Source of the DNA: Candidatus Bathyarchaeia archaeon
GTDB lineage: Archaea > Thermoproteota > Bathyarchaeia > Bathyarchaeales > Bathycorpusculaceae
Reading direction: 5' to 3'
Assembly: GCA_049512935.1 (NCBI GenBank)
Contig: JBEKWR010000002.1
Location: 64,001 to 128,000, forward strand
Length of the DNA: 64,000 nucleotides
Shown: positions 29,361 through 39,285 of the stretch, piece after piece
Numbering within the stretch: position 1 is the first letter of the stretch
Layout of the letters: each line of letters opens with the position of its first letter
The notes under the pieces: model-generated
What the model was told of the DNA's origin: nothing
Seen by the model: the letters and a program-made list of their open reading frames with translations, nothing else
Databases searched by the model: none
Position numbers and translations under genes: made by a program

Positions 29361-31133
29361 CTACGATCTAGTCAGCCTTGTGTGTGACCTCGAAAACGCA
29401 TGATCTGCGATTGAAACGTTCTTTGGCACTTCCAGGACTGCTAAATTAGGGCAGTTATAAAATGCCCAATCTTCGATTTGAATAACACTTCTAGGGATTT
29501 TGGCTTTCTCTAGTCGTACGCAATTGGCGAAGGCTCCTTTTCCTATGAGCGCGACTCTATCAGGGAGGGTGGCGGACCTAAGATTGCCACACCCGAAGAA
29601 TGCGTTCCGTCCTATTGTTCTAACGGTGCCAGGTATCACGAATTCCTCTTCAGGGTTACGCATTGAGTAGTAAACTAGCTTGGTCTTGGATCTGTTATAC
29701 AACACTCCGTTTTCATAGACAAAGTTAGGACTATTGTTGGTTAGTGACAGGGATGGACAGTTGGCAAAGGGGTTGTAGCCGATGACCTCAAGGGTGCTGG
29801 GAAGGGTCACGTTCGACAGGTTAACACAGCCAAAGAATGAATGCCTCTGAATGGTAGTGACCCCCTCTGGAATGGCGAAGGATTTGGAAGAACTGTTAAT
29901 TGCAAAATAGAAGATTGACGTCCTATTTTTATCGTACAACGCGTCGTTCTCGAAAACGAAGTAAGGGCTGTTGTTCACCAAACTCAAAGATGGGCAACTT
30001 GAGAATGGGTTATTCTCCACTATCGCTACACTGGGTGGAATTGTTATCTTCCGAAGGGCAGAACAACCATGGATTGCATGCTTACCTATGCTGATAATAC
30101 TATCAGGAATCTCAAAGACGCTAGCGGTGTTACTCATCGAGTAGTATATCAACCGGGTTTTCGTCCGGTCGTATAGCGCCCCATCCTCTAGAATGAAGTC
30201 CGGGCTCTCATTCTTTAGGATTAAAGCCGGGCAATTGCTGAATGGATTGTCCCCTATTACTGAAATATGCCGTGGAATAGTTAGGTTGACTAAATTGGTG
30301 CAATCGGAGAAGGTCTCACCGCCTAGGTTTGTAACGGTGTCTGGTATTGTTACCTTCATAATTTCAGGGCGGTCCCAGAAAACTCCATTTCTCAGTTTCT
30401 TCACGCCTTTCGAAATTGCTACTAGTTTCCCGTTACCGAGATATCTAATCAACTCACCGTTTTCAATCTCAAATTCGGAAGAACCAGAGGTTGCTTTAGC
30501 TCGTGTTGTTTTGTCCTGCTGGTTTGTTTTTTCCACAATAATGGGGTGGTAGGCTTCTATCTCTTCCTCGAATAATCCTGTAGTGCTTGAAACTGCTCTG
30601 CCTTTCAGAGCGTGGTCGGGTTTTGCGCAATTGCCTGCTGTGAGGGGGAACATTGTGTATCCGTAATCGATCAATCCGGACCTTAGTGTTGATGCATATA
30701 CACATAGGAATTGGAACTGCTTGTTTTCACTTGCTGGCAGGACAGGCCGGCTCTGGAGTACCTTAACGGCCTCGACTTCTTTGTCATATTCCTTGTCGTC
30801 CCATCGTCTACACCTTATTGCAATCAGCCAGTCGTCGGGTTCAGCCTTGATCGCAATATCACACTCATTGGTAAATCCCATATACAGGCTGCTAGGGCGA
30901 TAACCCTTTAACAATAGCCTGTCAGCACATTCGACGATGACGTAGTTTCTTTGGGTGAACCTTGCGAATGCGATATCACCCAGTCGTATCTTATCCCCGT
31001 AATCAATGAGTTCTTTAGCTAGGTCCACCTTGATTGTGTATTGGCCAGGATACCTCTTTTGATATACATTCTGAGAGACTTCGCGGTATCCGAGCTTCCA
31101 GAAGTAGTTTAGGGGATTCAGGATGTCTGTCAT
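29361..31133 (-). CDS. Fusion of a degenerate restriction-endonuclease-like N-domain and BspA/LRR_5 leucine-rich repeats
   Basis: N-terminal VECADRLLLKGY...CDIAI...IAIRCRRW resembles Type IIG/HsdR_N REase domains with ExK replaced by RxR. C-terminal IPxxVxxIxxxAFxxCxxL repeats. No signal peptide. Confidence 0.75.
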   Translation of the reverse strand: MTDILNPLNYFWKLGYREVSQNVYQKRYPGQYTIKVDLAKELIDYGDKIRLGDIAFARFTQRNYVIVECADRLLLKGYRPSSLYMGFTNECDIAIKAEPDDWLIAIRCRRWDDKEYDKEVEAVKVLQSRPVLPASENKQFQFLCVYASTLRSGLIDYGYTMFPLTAGNCAKPDHALKGRAVSSTTGLFEEEIEAYHPIIVEKTNQQDKTTRAKATSGSSEFEIENGELIRYLGNGKLVAISKGVKKLRNGVFWDRPEIMKVTIPDTVTNLGGETFSDCTNLVNLTIPRHISVIGDNPFSNCPALILKNESPDFILEDGALYDRTKTRLIYYSMSNTASVFEIPDSIISIGKHAIHGCSALRKITIPPSVAIVENNPFSSCPSLSLVNNSPYFVFENDALYDKNRTSIFYFAINSSSKSFAIPEGVTTIQRHSFFGCVNLSNVTLPSTLEVIGYNPFANCPSLSLTNNSPNFVYENGVLYNRSKTKLVYYSMRNPEEEFVIPGTVRTIGRNAFFGCGNLRSATLPDRVALIGKGAFANCVRLEKAKIPRSVIQIEDWAFYNCPNLAVLEVPKNVSIADHAFSRSHTRLTRS

Positions 31134-31134
31134 G

Positions 31135-31737
31135 TTATGGAGACCTGCTTTGGCTATCTGATTTCAGGATCGGACGCAAGGTTTCCATCATGACTTCCAA
31201 AACTCCCTTCGCACTGAGGCTTGTAGTATCTATTGACTTGTACTTCATCGAGTACCTGATTAGGAAGCCTTCCATCTTCTCCTTGGACTCCTTGTAAAGT
31301 GCTACCTTTCGGAGGTCAGGGTCGCCCGGGTCTCTCTTTCGAAGCCTCTTCATACCTGCGTCTTCGCTGGCCCAGAGGAGGAAGGTGTAGTCTGGCTTGC
31401 CAATTAAGCCGATCAAGCATTGATAGATGGGTTCGGTCTTCTCCCCTCCGCACCAGAAGTAGTTTGACAGCAGATGTCTGTCAGTAATGATGTTCTCTCC
31501 GGCGAACTTGTGGTACAAGTATACGTTTCCAAGTCCGTAGAACCATGCTCTTAGGGCATCATCGTCTACCTGCTGATTGATGTAGTCTCTAATCCTGATG
31601 TAGTTTGTAAAACCTCCGTCAGGATCAAAGACGTAGTGCAGGGGCTTCTCGACGAATTTGAAGTTCAATTTCTCTGCCAGTTTCTTGGCTGCGGTGGTTT
31701 TCCCGACGCCGTCCATTCCCTCTATTGCTATGTGCAT
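31135..31737 (-). CDS. Thymidylate/deoxynucleoside monophosphate kinase-like protein
   Basis: IAIEGMDGVGKTT P-loop, ITDR and PD motifs. Start MHIAIEG at 31737 behind GGAGG. Confidence 0.8.
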   Translation of the reverse strand: MHIAIEGMDGVGKTTAAKKLAEKLNFKFVEKPLHYVFDPDGGFTNYIRIRDYINQQVDDDALRAWFYGLGNVYLYHKFAGENIITDRHLLSNYFWCGGEKTEPIYQCLIGLIGKPDYTFLLWASEDAGMKRLRKRDPGDPDLRKVALYKESKEKMEGFLIRYSMKYKSIDTTSLSAKGVLEVMMETLRPILKSDSQSRSP

Positions 31738-31747
31738 CAAATTCCTC

Positions 31748-33469
31748 CTACCAATCAAGGTGCGAAGTTGGATTAGGCCTTCTATGCGCGACCTCCGCTT
31801 TCTTGCCCGCGGTGAAGAAGCTAAGGTCTTCCAGATAGCCTGAAACTCGTCTCACCCGATATATGTCATTGCTGCCGCAACTCGGGCAATTGTCGAAGGT
31901 CCCAGTGAGGTTACATTTCAAGCATGTATCTAATGGAAAATTGATTCCGAGGTAGCTGACCCCGTAACTTATGGCAGCCTCGATGGTCTCAATAACCGCC
32001 TCGGTATTTTTCAATAATGCGGATGCAAATTCAACATACGAGATACATCCACCATTGCATAGCTCATGGAAGGGGCCTTCGAACCGCAACTTTTCTTTCG
32101 GATGTAAACCCGAGTCGACTTTGGTGTGGAAGGAGTTTGTGTAAAATCCCTTTTTAGACGCGTCATTGCCATAAATGTCATTGTCGATGGATGGAAATCT
32201 TCCAGAAACAAATTCGGCTGAAGTACCCAACAAGGAGAAGTTTAAGTTGCATTCTTTCCGGTACTTGTCCACCACATCTCTCATATGTCTGGCAATATCT
32301 ATGGCAATCGCATGGTTTTCCTCGGAGGCGTAGTATTCATGCCCAGTCAGGAGTTCCACCGTTTCTGATAACCCTATGAATCCAATAGCGAGGGTCCCAT
32401 TTTTGAAGACTTCTTCCAATGAGCCATTCGCAGGGAAGTCGTTTGCCCAGAGTTTGAACCTGAGATTGCAGGGAAAATCATCTGAGTCTAGCCTTAGTAG
32501 CCTGTTGTATCTGTCAATTAGGAGGTCTCTAACGATGTCAGCGGTCTTGTCCCATTCCTCCTTGAACATGTGGATCTTTTCAGCGGCATTAATCCCTGGG
32601 TATGACTTGTCTATCTCGAGGGCAATTCTCGGAAGGTTGATAGTGGTGAAGGCGATGTTGCCGCGACCTATGGCGGTGTTCTCGCCGAAGAGGTTATGTA
32701 CGACCCTTGTCCTGCACCCCATGATTGCCAGGTAGTGGGGATTGATGTTTTCATTGGGCTTGGAGTCGCAGAGCAGGTAGGTTGGTATCATCTTCTTGCA
32801 GGTTGACTCTACCGAGAGGCGGAACAGGTCAAAGTTGGGATCATCAGGCAAGTAGTTGACACCTTTCTTCACCTTGAAGATAATATTTGGTTTAATGCAT
32901 TCCATGGATGAGTCTTTGAAATGGTTCAATACTGAAGAGGTCACGAGCCTGGCGACCTTCCCCGTTCCGAGACCTATATTAAGCGAAACATAGTAACCGG
33001 TTTCTCCGGCTCTTTCCCTTGCCCGGTTTATCCAGTCAATGAACGCTACAATGGATTCGCTTAGAATCTGAAGGTTAGACTCAGTATCCGTGAGACCTAG
33101 TCTGTGGAACAGGGTCTCTACCTCTTCATCAAAGTTTGGAAAACCCATTCCGCCTGATTGTTCATTAGCAAGTTTTGCGATGACATCTTTGAAGTGGTCA
33201 AAAATTCCGAATATTCGGCTTGGCTCTGACACGCCATGGAGCCTGTCGAAAGGGAATCCGTTAATTGTGTTGAGCATAAGACAATTGTAGGTTTGCCCGT
33301 ACGCCTCGATGTTGTGAATGTGTATCTTCCCTTCACGGTGCAAGGTTGAGAACCTTGGGTCTAAGCTATTTAGGACCTCGCGCTTTCTGAGGTCTGCCCC
33401 CACCTCAAACACTGCTCCCATGAAAGATTTGCGCCTAGACGCATTATCAAACTTTGTTCCCTTAGACAT
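31748..33469 (-). CDS. nrdD: Anaerobic (class III) ribonucleoside-triphosphate reductase, no ATP cone
   Basis: IHIHN..YNC, EQSGG, MGCRT finger loop, INLPR, GFIGLSE, YTNSFH, CxxC..CxxC and RVSGYL glycyl-radical motif. Confidence 0.92.
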   Translation of the reverse strand: MSKGTKFDNASRRKSFMGAVFEVGADLRKREVLNSLDPRFSTLHREGKIHIHNIEAYGQTYNCLMLNTINGFPFDRLHGVSEPSRIFGIFDHFKDVIAKLANEQSGGMGFPNFDEEVETLFHRLGLTDTESNLQILSESIVAFIDWINRARERAGETGYYVSLNIGLGTGKVARLVTSSVLNHFKDSSMECIKPNIIFKVKKGVNYLPDDPNFDLFRLSVESTCKKMIPTYLLCDSKPNENINPHYLAIMGCRTRVVHNLFGENTAIGRGNIAFTTINLPRIALEIDKSYPGINAAEKIHMFKEEWDKTADIVRDLLIDRYNRLLRLDSDDFPCNLRFKLWANDFPANGSLEEVFKNGTLAIGFIGLSETVELLTGHEYYASEENHAIAIDIARHMRDVVDKYRKECNLNFSLLGTSAEFVSGRFPSIDNDIYGNDASKKGFYTNSFHTKVDSGLHPKEKLRFEGPFHELCNGGCISYVEFASALLKNTEAVIETIEAAISYGVSYLGINFPLDTCLKCNLTGTFDNCPSCGSNDIYRVRRVSGYLEDLSFFTAGKKAEVAHRRPNPTSHLDW

Positions 33470-33908
33470 TCGCGTCCCCCAGCTCAATGAACTTCTGGTT
33501 GGAAGAGCCGACGTAGGGAATTGTTGTCGAACGTTTTTCTTGAAGGTATTTTCCCACTTTTATGTGTCTCAAGTATTTCATTATTTCCTTTGGTACCTGC
33601 TCGAGCTCGAAACCCGTGTAAAGCGCAATGTCAAAATCTGCAAGATTACGCACTAATTCGAGCACAGCTTGGTATTGTAATAGCGGTTCTCCTCCTGATA
33701 TTGTGAGTTTCTTGTTAAGCGACTTCGTGCGCAGCTCTTCAATGAGTTGCTCTGTATCAATGGTCTTCCCATTACTGATATCCCATGTAGAAGGGTTGTG
33801 GCAACCTCGACAGCTCAACTCGCAGCCTTGAACAAAGAGCACCGTCCTTATTCCCGGACCGTCTACCGTTGAGCCCCTGTAGTCAATCGAGTTAACCACG
33901 ATCTTCAT
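33462..33908 (-). CDS. nrdG: Anaerobic RNR activating enzyme (radical SAM)
   Basis: [36 protein letters not shown]. Confidence 0.92.
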   Translation of the reverse strand: MKIVVNSIDYRGSTVDGPGIRTVLFVQGCELSCRGCHNPSTWDISNGKTIDTEQLIEELRTKSLNKKLTISGGEPLLQYQAVLELVRNLADFDIALYTGFELEQVPKEIMKYLRHIKVGKYLQEKRSTTIPYVGSSNQKFIELGDANV

Positions 33909-33993
33909 ATATTTCGCTTCTTCTCTAACGAAATTTCGTAAATAGAACTATGGGCACTCTTTGATTAATATCTGATTGTTGTGAAGCCCTGTG

Positions 33994-34674
33994 TTATTTG
34001 AGAAGCATACAAGTTTCGGAAACCCATGCAAAATAAAGGTCAATTTCATCGATTCGTTTTGCAAGATAAGCCTTATTGGGAAAGGCCTTTATCCCGAACA
34101 AAGCCACAAATTTTGAGTAGTCACCAAACCACTTAGAGTCTTTGCTAAAAGAATGAATAAGCATCACTGCTGTTGAGGCGCCAAACCGTTTAGCTTCTAT
34201 AAGAGCGGAGGCTGCGCGATGAGTAAATTGGTAACGCACGTCTTGAAAATCGCGGAAGCGTATCCCAAGAAGACCGCTAAGGAAATCGAGTCGTCTAGTC
34301 TTGCCCTTTGAAGGTGTATTCAGCCACTCAGCAATGGTTTCTCCAAAAGGTTCGGATACTTTTCCTTCAACGGCTATAACGGCTAGGCCTTTTTTGAGTC
34401 TGGCTAACACAAGAATATCGTTCTGAGAAGGATGCCCACCACCAGGCAGGTATACTTTATGCTCGACAAATCCAGCGAGAAACTGTATCGGAATAAAGGC
34501 TTCATTTTCGCATAAAATATTCTCCACTGACTTAGGCAGCCCTTTTGCATTCATCCAGCAATAGGCTAATGTTTTAGCGGAGTATCCATCTTTCCATTGT
34601 CTGTCTGGCTCTGCTAGAAATAATTGCCAATCTTCCGGTTTCGAAGTTCTAACAAAGAAGGCCATCCTATGCAA
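33994..34674 (-). CDS. DUF6946-like PD-(D/E)xK nuclease-fold protein
   Basis: WKDGYSAKTLA, QNDIL...IAVEGKVSEPFG, RYQ. Confidence 0.7.
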   Translation of the reverse strand: MHRMAFFVRTSKPEDWQLFLAEPDRQWKDGYSAKTLAYCWMNAKGLPKSVENILCENEAFIPIQFLAGFVEHKVYLPGGGHPSQNDILVLARLKKGLAVIAVEGKVSEPFGETIAEWLNTPSKGKTRRLDFLSGLLGIRFRDFQDVRYQFTHRAASALIEAKRFGASTAVMLIHSFSKDSKWFGDYSKFVALFGIKAFPNKAYLAKRIDEIDLYFAWVSETCMLLK

Positions 34675-34721
34675 CCCAGTGAAATGATAACCAAGGTATT
34701 GTGTGAATGAAGGAAATAACG

Positions 34722-35699
34722 TTATCTGGAAAACACATTGTCTGGATCATACCCAAACCTTTTGAAGGATTCAAGCCTTAGCATCCAGGCAAAATAAAAG
34801 TATTCGTCAGCTAAGGCATCGGCAATGGGGTGAATAGCAACCACACCTGCCGATTGAGTGAAATGATCCCCATGCGTTACTGCCCTAACAGAAGACCTAC
34901 CATTTTCTAGTGCAAACTTGCCGTCATAGATGTGATGAATTGTCCACCCATGGTTAATGTCTCTACGGTTAGGTCGTTCTCCACCAGCAAGTAAATATGA
35001 CATAATCGCCGGTCCGTTCGTTCTTGTATCGACTAGGATTCCTTTTTCCTTGAACTTTCGAATTAACTCAGGTGAATAAGGAGGGGCCTTATCCTTTGGT
35101 CTAACTAGACCTGGAATTAGCAAGATGCCTTCTTTGGCCCATTTTATGTAGTCATCCTTGTTAGACCAAACTTCCAATATTATTTTCCGTTCAGATGGAG
35201 TAACTAGATCCAGTTTCTTTTGCAGAAATTCGGTGAATTGCTTTTCACCCATAAAAGAGATAGCCGCGCTTTGGGGTTGCTTTAGTAATTTGGGCTCAGG
35301 TTGCTGCATTGGAACCTGCTTTTGGCTGGTTAGACTTTTGCCAAGCATATCCCATCTATCTTTGTATCCCAAGATGAATTGCGATAATTCATGACTAAGG
35401 TCGAATGGTTGCCTCCAGGTGTATCTGCTGTTAGCGTATGCAGACGTTTGCCGTTTATTGAAAACAAATGGAAAATTGAAAAAACCATTAGCAGGCACTA
35501 CGCACGTTGGTCCTCCAGCCTTGGAGTAATCAAAAATTAAACAATAGTAATCCTTCCAAGCCTCGTCCCAACAAACCCAAATTTTGCCGTTCCTGAATTC
35601 CCTAGCGACGACTTGAACGATCTTGTCTCCATTAACCCAGTTGGTTTCTCGGTTTCTTTTATAGCCACGAGATAAGAGTTCGCTTTCAATTTTTTGCAC
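34722..35699 (-). CDS. Hypothetical two-domain protein with a C-terminal HNH-like His cluster
   Basis: WTIHHIYDG...HFTQSAGVVAIHP. Likely GTG start at 35699 behind GGAGG, just after the UvrD stop. Confidence 0.55.
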   Translation of the reverse strand: MQKIESELLSRGYKRNRETNWVNGDKIVQVVAREFRNGKIWVCWDEAWKDYYCLIFDYSKAGGPTCVVPANGFFNFPFVFNKRQTSAYANSRYTWRQPFDLSHELSQFILGYKDRWDMLGKSLTSQKQVPMQQPEPKLLKQPQSAAISFMGEKQFTEFLQKKLDLVTPSERKIILEVWSNKDDYIKWAKEGILLIPGLVRPKDKAPPYSPELIRKFKEKGILVDTRTNGPAIMSYLLAGGERPNRRDINHGWTIHHIYDGKFALENGRSSVRAVTHGDHFTQSAGVVAIHPIADALADEYFYFAWMLRLESFKRFGYDPDNVFSR

Positions 35700-35710
35700 T
35701 TTTTTGCCTC

Positions 35711-38700
35711 CTAGTCGCATAAGCATTTGTAGTCGCATTGGGTGCATTCCCATGTGCCTTTTTTGGGCTCAAACGCTGCTGCCTTAATTTTAGCTGCCAT
35801 ATCTGCGATTTCGGCTTGCATAGCATCAATGGCTTGTTTTTCAGGTTCGAAAAACACTTTTTCGTTTGAGCGCAAGAACCAGTTTCCGACCTTCAATGGA
35901 TTGCCATCCGGATAGATCTCTTTGACGGCAAGCGCGTAAACTAGCATCTGCATGTCCTTTTTGAGTTCATTTAGCGATGGCGCCTTCTTGCTGGTCTTAT
36001 AATCAACTACGGTGAAGCCGGATCCGTCCTTGTCGATGCGGTCAATTCGTCCTCTTAGTTTAACGTCGCCGATGGATGTTTCAAACCAGCGTTCAATATC
36101 TACGATCTCCGTCGTGCTTTTTCCTTGCTCATCCAGAAAAACCTTCAAAATGGCCTTGGCTTCATCGTAATCTCTCTTTTCATCAATCTTTGATTTGTAG
36201 CCTTTTGGATCCCAGAATTTGGCTAAAAGATCCAGAGCGACTGCCTCGTTGATGTCTGAACCGTATTTTTGCATCCTGGTTAATTGCTCCGCGATACTGT
36301 GAAGCGTGGAACCGAAGTCAAAGTAATATCTGGGCTTTTCAGGAATCTTCATGACATGACGGTACTGGTAGAGCCTGGGGCATTTTTTGTAACCGACAAA
36401 TTGTGATACGCTAAAAACGTGGTCCTCGGTGACTGTAAACGGTAGCTCTTCACAATGCTCAAGTGTTGAGTAGTCAGGTTCAGCTATCTTTTCTATCAAT
36501 TCAGTCTTGATGTTGAGGTTCTTATCGGTTGATTTTGCGTAGAGAAGGACATCTTGGATTGCTTCTTTGAATTTGTTGGTTGTGAGATTAGACATTACTT
36601 GTCTCATGAGGCGTGTTTGTGTTTCGTCTTCTATTGTGGTTGACTCAGTTGGTATTTCTTGAGAGTCAACTTGGTTAAAGACAATGTTTTCATTGTTCTG
36701 ATAGTCTATTTCGGATAGGAATCTTGAGGGTTTTGAGTCGGTCTTATTCTCGCCGTACCGTTTGGCATAAGTTACAATCAGCCTCTCTTTTGCTCGGGTA
36801 ATGGCTACATAGAAGAGCCTTCTCTCTTCTTGGATATGGAGTTCTTTTTCTTCAAATTTGGATTGGATGCCTTTGAGCAGTTCTTTTGGTATGGCGAATT
36901 TGTCCCTTTGATAGGTTGTTGGTAGCCTGCGTTCAATAACGTCTGGAATTATCACTACTGGGTATTGCATGCCTTTGACGCCGTGAATAGTGGAGATGAC
37001 TACGGCTTGTTCCTCGAGGTTCTTTTCTTCGATTTCGAAGTTTGCGGCAAAGGATAGGTAATCAGTGAAGTCTTCGATGTCGTTATTTGGATAAATGCTG
37101 TCAAATTCTTCCGCAAACTCGTAAAACTGGTTTAGAAGCTGGATATTTCGGTCATTTTTAAGCGCTATTTCGTACTTATAGAATTCCCTTTCAAAGAGCA
37201 AAGTGTGGATTAGATCGAGTGTTCGTAGTCTCTTCTTGGATCCAAGCATGTCAGCGAGAGTGTGTTTGACTTGGAGGAACTTGAATTTGTCAACGTCTAT
37301 CTCATTTAGGTGGTCGAAGACTTCGTACAGTGAAAGTTCGTTTTGGTCTGCATAGCAACTGAATTTGCAGATATCTATTTGTTTGATGCTGAAGTTTTGG
37401 CGGTTTAGGATCCTGACGATTTGGGCGTTGCTTTCCAGCGGGTTACTGATTATTTTGAGGTATGCTGAGACGTCTTTTATTATTGGTTCTTGGAAGAATC
37501 CGGTTTCGCCGACAAAATTGAACCGTATTTTTTGTTTTCTGAAGGCTTTTATTATTGGTTCAGCGGTTGCTCTTCGCCTGCACAGAACTGCTATATCTTG
37601 CAGGGGATATTTTTTGAGGAGCTCTTTTACTTCTTCAAGAATATAGTTGGCTTGCGAGCTGTCGGTTGGAGTCTCGATGACTTCTACCTTTTCTCCTTCA
37701 GGGTTGTTTGTAAAGAGTCTCTTAATTGTTCTTTCGGGGCTATTTTCTATCAGTTTGTTAGCCACAGCTACTATTTTTTTGATGCTACGGTAATTGTGTT
37801 CCAGCGCTTTTTCGACGTAGTTGGGGAACATTTTTTTGAATTCTGCAATGTTGGTTAGGTATGCGCCTCGAAAGCGGTAGATGCTCTGATCGTCATCTCC
37901 TACTACGGTAATATGGCCGTGCTTGCTAGCGATGAGATAGACAATCTGCAATTGTATGTAATTTGTATCTTGGAATTCGTCAACTATAACAAACCTGAAC
38001 TTTTCTTGATAGTTTCGCAGAACGAGCGGTTTGTTTTTCAGTAGATTGAGTACTGTGCAGAGCATGTCTCCAAAATCTATCATGTTATTTTGGAGTTTGT
38101 AGTCTTCGTAGGCACGATAGATTTTTAGAATATCTTTTAGGTTGTTTAGGTCTTCTTGTGCTTCTTCGTCAAGTGAGGCTTTTTCCTGTTTCCCGATGTA
38201 GTGCTGTATATCGTCTGGGCTTATGGCTTCGTCTTTGCATCTTGAGATGAACTTTCGCATTTCTTCCGCTAAGGTGTAAGGTTCATGATTAAATTCCAAA
38301 TGTTCAATGCCAAATCGGTTAATGTTTTTAGTTAGATAGACCAGTTGAGCGGTGTCTGTGATCACCTTAAAGTTTGCATTAAGTTTAGTGTTTAGAATAT
38401 TGTCTTGGATGACTTGGTTGCAGAACGAATGAAAAGTGGATATGCTCAGGTCCTCAGAGGTTTCTAGCATACCCATGACCCTTACTTTAAGTTCCTCTGC
38501 AGCCTTCTGATTAAATGCCAATGCTAGTATGTTCTCGGGTTCTGCACCCTGTTGGATCAAATAGGCGATTTTGCTAGCAACAGTAAGTGTCTTTCCCGAT
38601 CCGGCACCTGCAATTATTAGAAGTGGGTTATCAATTTCTCTTACAGCTTCTTTTTGTTGAGGATTTAAGGAGGCAAATATGTCCTCTGTTGTTTCTGGTA

Positions 38701-38722
38701 ATCGAGAGTTTGCTGATTGCAT
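35711..38722 (-). CDS. UvrD/PcrA SF1 helicase fused to an Fe-S PD-(D/E)xK (AddB/Cas4-like) nuclease
   Basis: AGAGSGKT, VDEFQD, VGDDDQSIYRFRGA, EERRLFYVAITRA. C-terminal CPR...GRIDRID...DYKT...CxxCxxxxxC. Confidence 0.92.
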   Translation of the reverse strand: MQSANSRLPETTEDIFASLNPQQKEAVREIDNPLLIIAGAGSGKTLTVASKIAYLIQQGAEPENILALAFNQKAAEELKVRVMGMLETSEDLSISTFHSFCNQVIQDNILNTKLNANFKVITDTAQLVYLTKNINRFGIEHLEFNHEPYTLAEEMRKFISRCKDEAISPDDIQHYIGKQEKASLDEEAQEDLNNLKDILKIYRAYEDYKLQNNMIDFGDMLCTVLNLLKNKPLVLRNYQEKFRFVIVDEFQDTNYIQLQIVYLIASKHGHITVVGDDDQSIYRFRGAYLTNIAEFKKMFPNYVEKALEHNYRSIKKIVAVANKLIENSPERTIKRLFTNNPEGEKVEVIETPTDSSQANYILEEVKELLKKYPLQDIAVLCRRRATAEPIIKAFRKQKIRFNFVGETGFFQEPIIKDVSAYLKIISNPLESNAQIVRILNRQNFSIKQIDICKFSCYADQNELSLYEVFDHLNEIDVDKFKFLQVKHTLADMLGSKKRLRTLDLIHTLLFEREFYKYEIALKNDRNIQLLNQFYEFAEEFDSIYPNNDIEDFTDYLSFAANFEIEEKNLEEQAVVISTIHGVKGMQYPVVIIPDVIERRLPTTYQRDKFAIPKELLKGIQSKFEEKELHIQEERRLFYVAITRAKERLIVTYAKRYGENKTDSKPSRFLSEIDYQNNENIVFNQVDSQEIPTESTTIEDETQTRLMRQVMSNLTTNKFKEAIQDVLLYAKSTDKNLNIKTELIEKIAEPDYSTLEHCEELPFTVTEDHVFSVSQFVGYKKCPRLYQYRHVMKIPEKPRYYFDFGSTLHSIAEQLTRMQKYGSDINEAVALDLLAKFWDPKGYKSKIDEKRDYDEAKAILKVFLDEQGKSTTEIVDIERWFETSIGDVKLRGRIDRIDKDGSGFTVVDYKTSKKAPSLNELKKDMQMLVYALAVKEIYPDGNPLKVGNWFLRSNEKVFFEPEKQAIDAMQAEIADMAAKIKAAAFEPKKGTWECTQCDYKCLCD

Positions 38723-38850
38723 GTCAGTCTTTTAAAAGCGATTCTAAATTTAACTCTTCCCTGAAGACGCTTTTTTCAGGGTTGATTTATCTCGACTATC
38801 GCTTCTCAAAAAGTTTCTAATTAGCGTACAAAGTAAATGCCATAGTCCAA

Positions 38851-39285
38851 TTACACTCTGCAAATTAGTCTGTGGCATTGGTTGGTTTTCATTACCTTGA
38901 CGCCCTTTTTTGCCAGTTCCTTTTTCACGTTACCTTGAAAATCGCTATCCTCTGAAACAAGGATTTTATCAGGAGTTCTTATAGAGACACAAGCGAAACA
39001 ATTATCCATTTCCTGTAAATTGCCAATTTGGAACCCTATCCCCGGTCTCTTTTTTACTTTATTTCTCAATCTCATATTCATAAACCAAGTTATAAGCGTC
39101 TGATTACCATTTAAATGAGGATTGTATTCTCGTTCAACAATTTTTCCTTCGTTATCAACGGCGATAGATTGATTTTGATCATTAAGGATTCGCCAAATTA
39201 ACTCGCTAGCTTCACTGTTGAAATCACTGCCGTGCTTGGGCGTTGCTAATTCCAAAATATTCGTATCAAGAACCAACATCACCAT
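38851..39285 (-). CDS. PIN-domain protein
   Basis: LVLDTNIL ... D ... LVSEDSDF acidic PIN motifs. Confidence 0.72.
   Translation of the reverse strand: MVMLVLDTNILELATPKHGSDFNSEASELIWRILNDQNQSIAVDNEGKIVEREYNPHLNGNQTLITWFMNMRLRNKVKKRPGIGFQIGNLQEMDNCFACVSIRTPDKILVSEDSDFQGNVKKELAKKGVKVMKTNQCHRLICRV

Noticed and set aside
35711-36420. Cas4 / CRISPR adaptation gene
   Set aside because: The Fe-S PD-(D/E)xK domain is the C-terminus of a UvrD helicase fusion, and there is no cas1 or cas2.
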